Origin: an uncultured bacterium
GTDB lineage: Bacteria > Verrucomicrobiota > Kiritimatiellia > CAIVKH01
Assembly (NCBI GenBank): GCA_937958885.1
Contig: CALGMT010000024.1
Span: 41,061 to 105,060 of the forward strand
DNA length: 64,000 nucleotides
Reading direction: 5' to 3'
Shown here: piece by piece, positions 63,616 to 64,000 of the stretch
How the letters are laid out: the number at the start of each line of letters is the position of its first letter
How positions within the stretch are numbered: the stretch's first letter is position 1
The notes under the pieces: model-generated
Database searches by the model: none
What the model was told of the DNA's origin: nothing
What the model saw: the letters and a program-made list of their open reading frames with translations, nothing else
Program-made: the position numbers and the translations under genes

Positions 63616-64000
63616 TTAGGGCGTCTCCCGTATGCGCACGCGCTCGATGGACGTGGCGCGGCCCGTGTGGCTATCGACCGTGATTCGTGCGCCTTCCATC
63701 GCGACATCCTGTTCCGCGATCTCGAACTTTGTCGGCAAGCCGGTCGTGAATTTTCGCATCACGGAAGCCACATCTCGGCCCAGCACGGAGTCTTTCGGAC
63801 CCGTCATCCCGAGATCGGTGAGGTAAGCGGTTCCTTTCGGCAAGATGGTTTCGTCCGACGTTTGCACATGCGTGTGGGTGCCGACGACGGACGAGACGCG
63901 ACCTTCAAGATAGCGGCCGATCGCAATTTTCTCCGATGTCGCCTCCGCGTGCATCTCCACGCACACAAAGGAACTATCGATCTGCTTCAGCGCCGCGTCC
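63616..64000 (-). CDS. YmdB-like (TIGR00282-type) metallophosphoesterase, 5' end beyond the window
   Basis: VVGTHTHVQTSDETILPKGTAYLTDLGMTGP pattern. The reading frame is open to nt 64000. Confidence 0.8.
   Translation of the reverse strand, partial: DAALKQIDSSFVCVEMHAEATSEKIAIGRYLEGRVSSVVGTHTHVQTSDETILPKGTAYLTDLGMTGPKDSVLGRDVASVMRKFTTGLPTKFEIAEQDVAMEGARITVDSHTGRATSIERVRIRETP

Noticed and set aside
1-64000. Mobile elements, prophage, integrases, toxin-antitoxin pairs, rRNA/tRNA genes and CRISPR arrays.
   Set aside because: I recognised no transposase, integrase, phage or Cas signature in any frame. I also saw no direct-repeat-flanked island, and by eye the accessory block at 27-49 kb does not differ in composition from its flanks.

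Overview
The window is a visibly GC-rich bacterial chromosomal segment from a diderm organism. Evidence for a diderm envelope: an LpxL-type acyltransferase, GmhA, an OmpA-domain protein and small beta-barrel OMPs. I count about 50 protein genes and recognised no rRNA, tRNA, CRISPR array, transposase or integrase.

Most of the window is tightly packed housekeeping operons, many joined by ATGA start/stop overlaps:
- an envelope glycosylation/lipid A module (0.5-4.6 kb)
- a 10-gene run with no gap above 8 nt: trpS-scpA-scpB-chorismate mutase-hisC-DAHP synthase-tyrA-aroA-cmk-plsC (6.7-15.5 kb)
- ispD-cysS-tmk-holB
- accB-accC-asp23-amaP-gmhA-PfkB kinase
- ilvD and glgC
- hisF-hisI-trpE-trpG-TPR-larB-larC
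- a minus-strand run: ymdB-xseA-xseB-htrA-tlyA-nadK

The accessory part is 27.4-49.3 kb and holds three very large secreted repeat proteins:
- a 980-aa Pmp-type beta-helix protein
- a 734-aa WD40/DUF11/TSP3 protein
- a single 12.5-kb ORF encoding a 4,181-aa membrane-anchored S8 subtilase fused to many binding modules

All three end in the same ~70-aa C-terminal module, ...YR[ILV]x[VI]xxP-stop. I cannot assign this module to a named sorting signal, and it is the best candidate for something undescribed. The giant gene is flanked by a small secreted coiled-coil protein and a lipoprotein with a poly-Gly tail.

Non-coding signals:
- a REP-like two-hairpin GC-rich element at three gene ends
- an AT-rich 25-mer repeated at two distant loci
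- a Trp-codon-containing mini-ORF with a sequestered Shine-Dalgarno sequence upstream of trpS

All domain calls come from motif recognition by eye. Domain boundaries are approximate and no database search was run.
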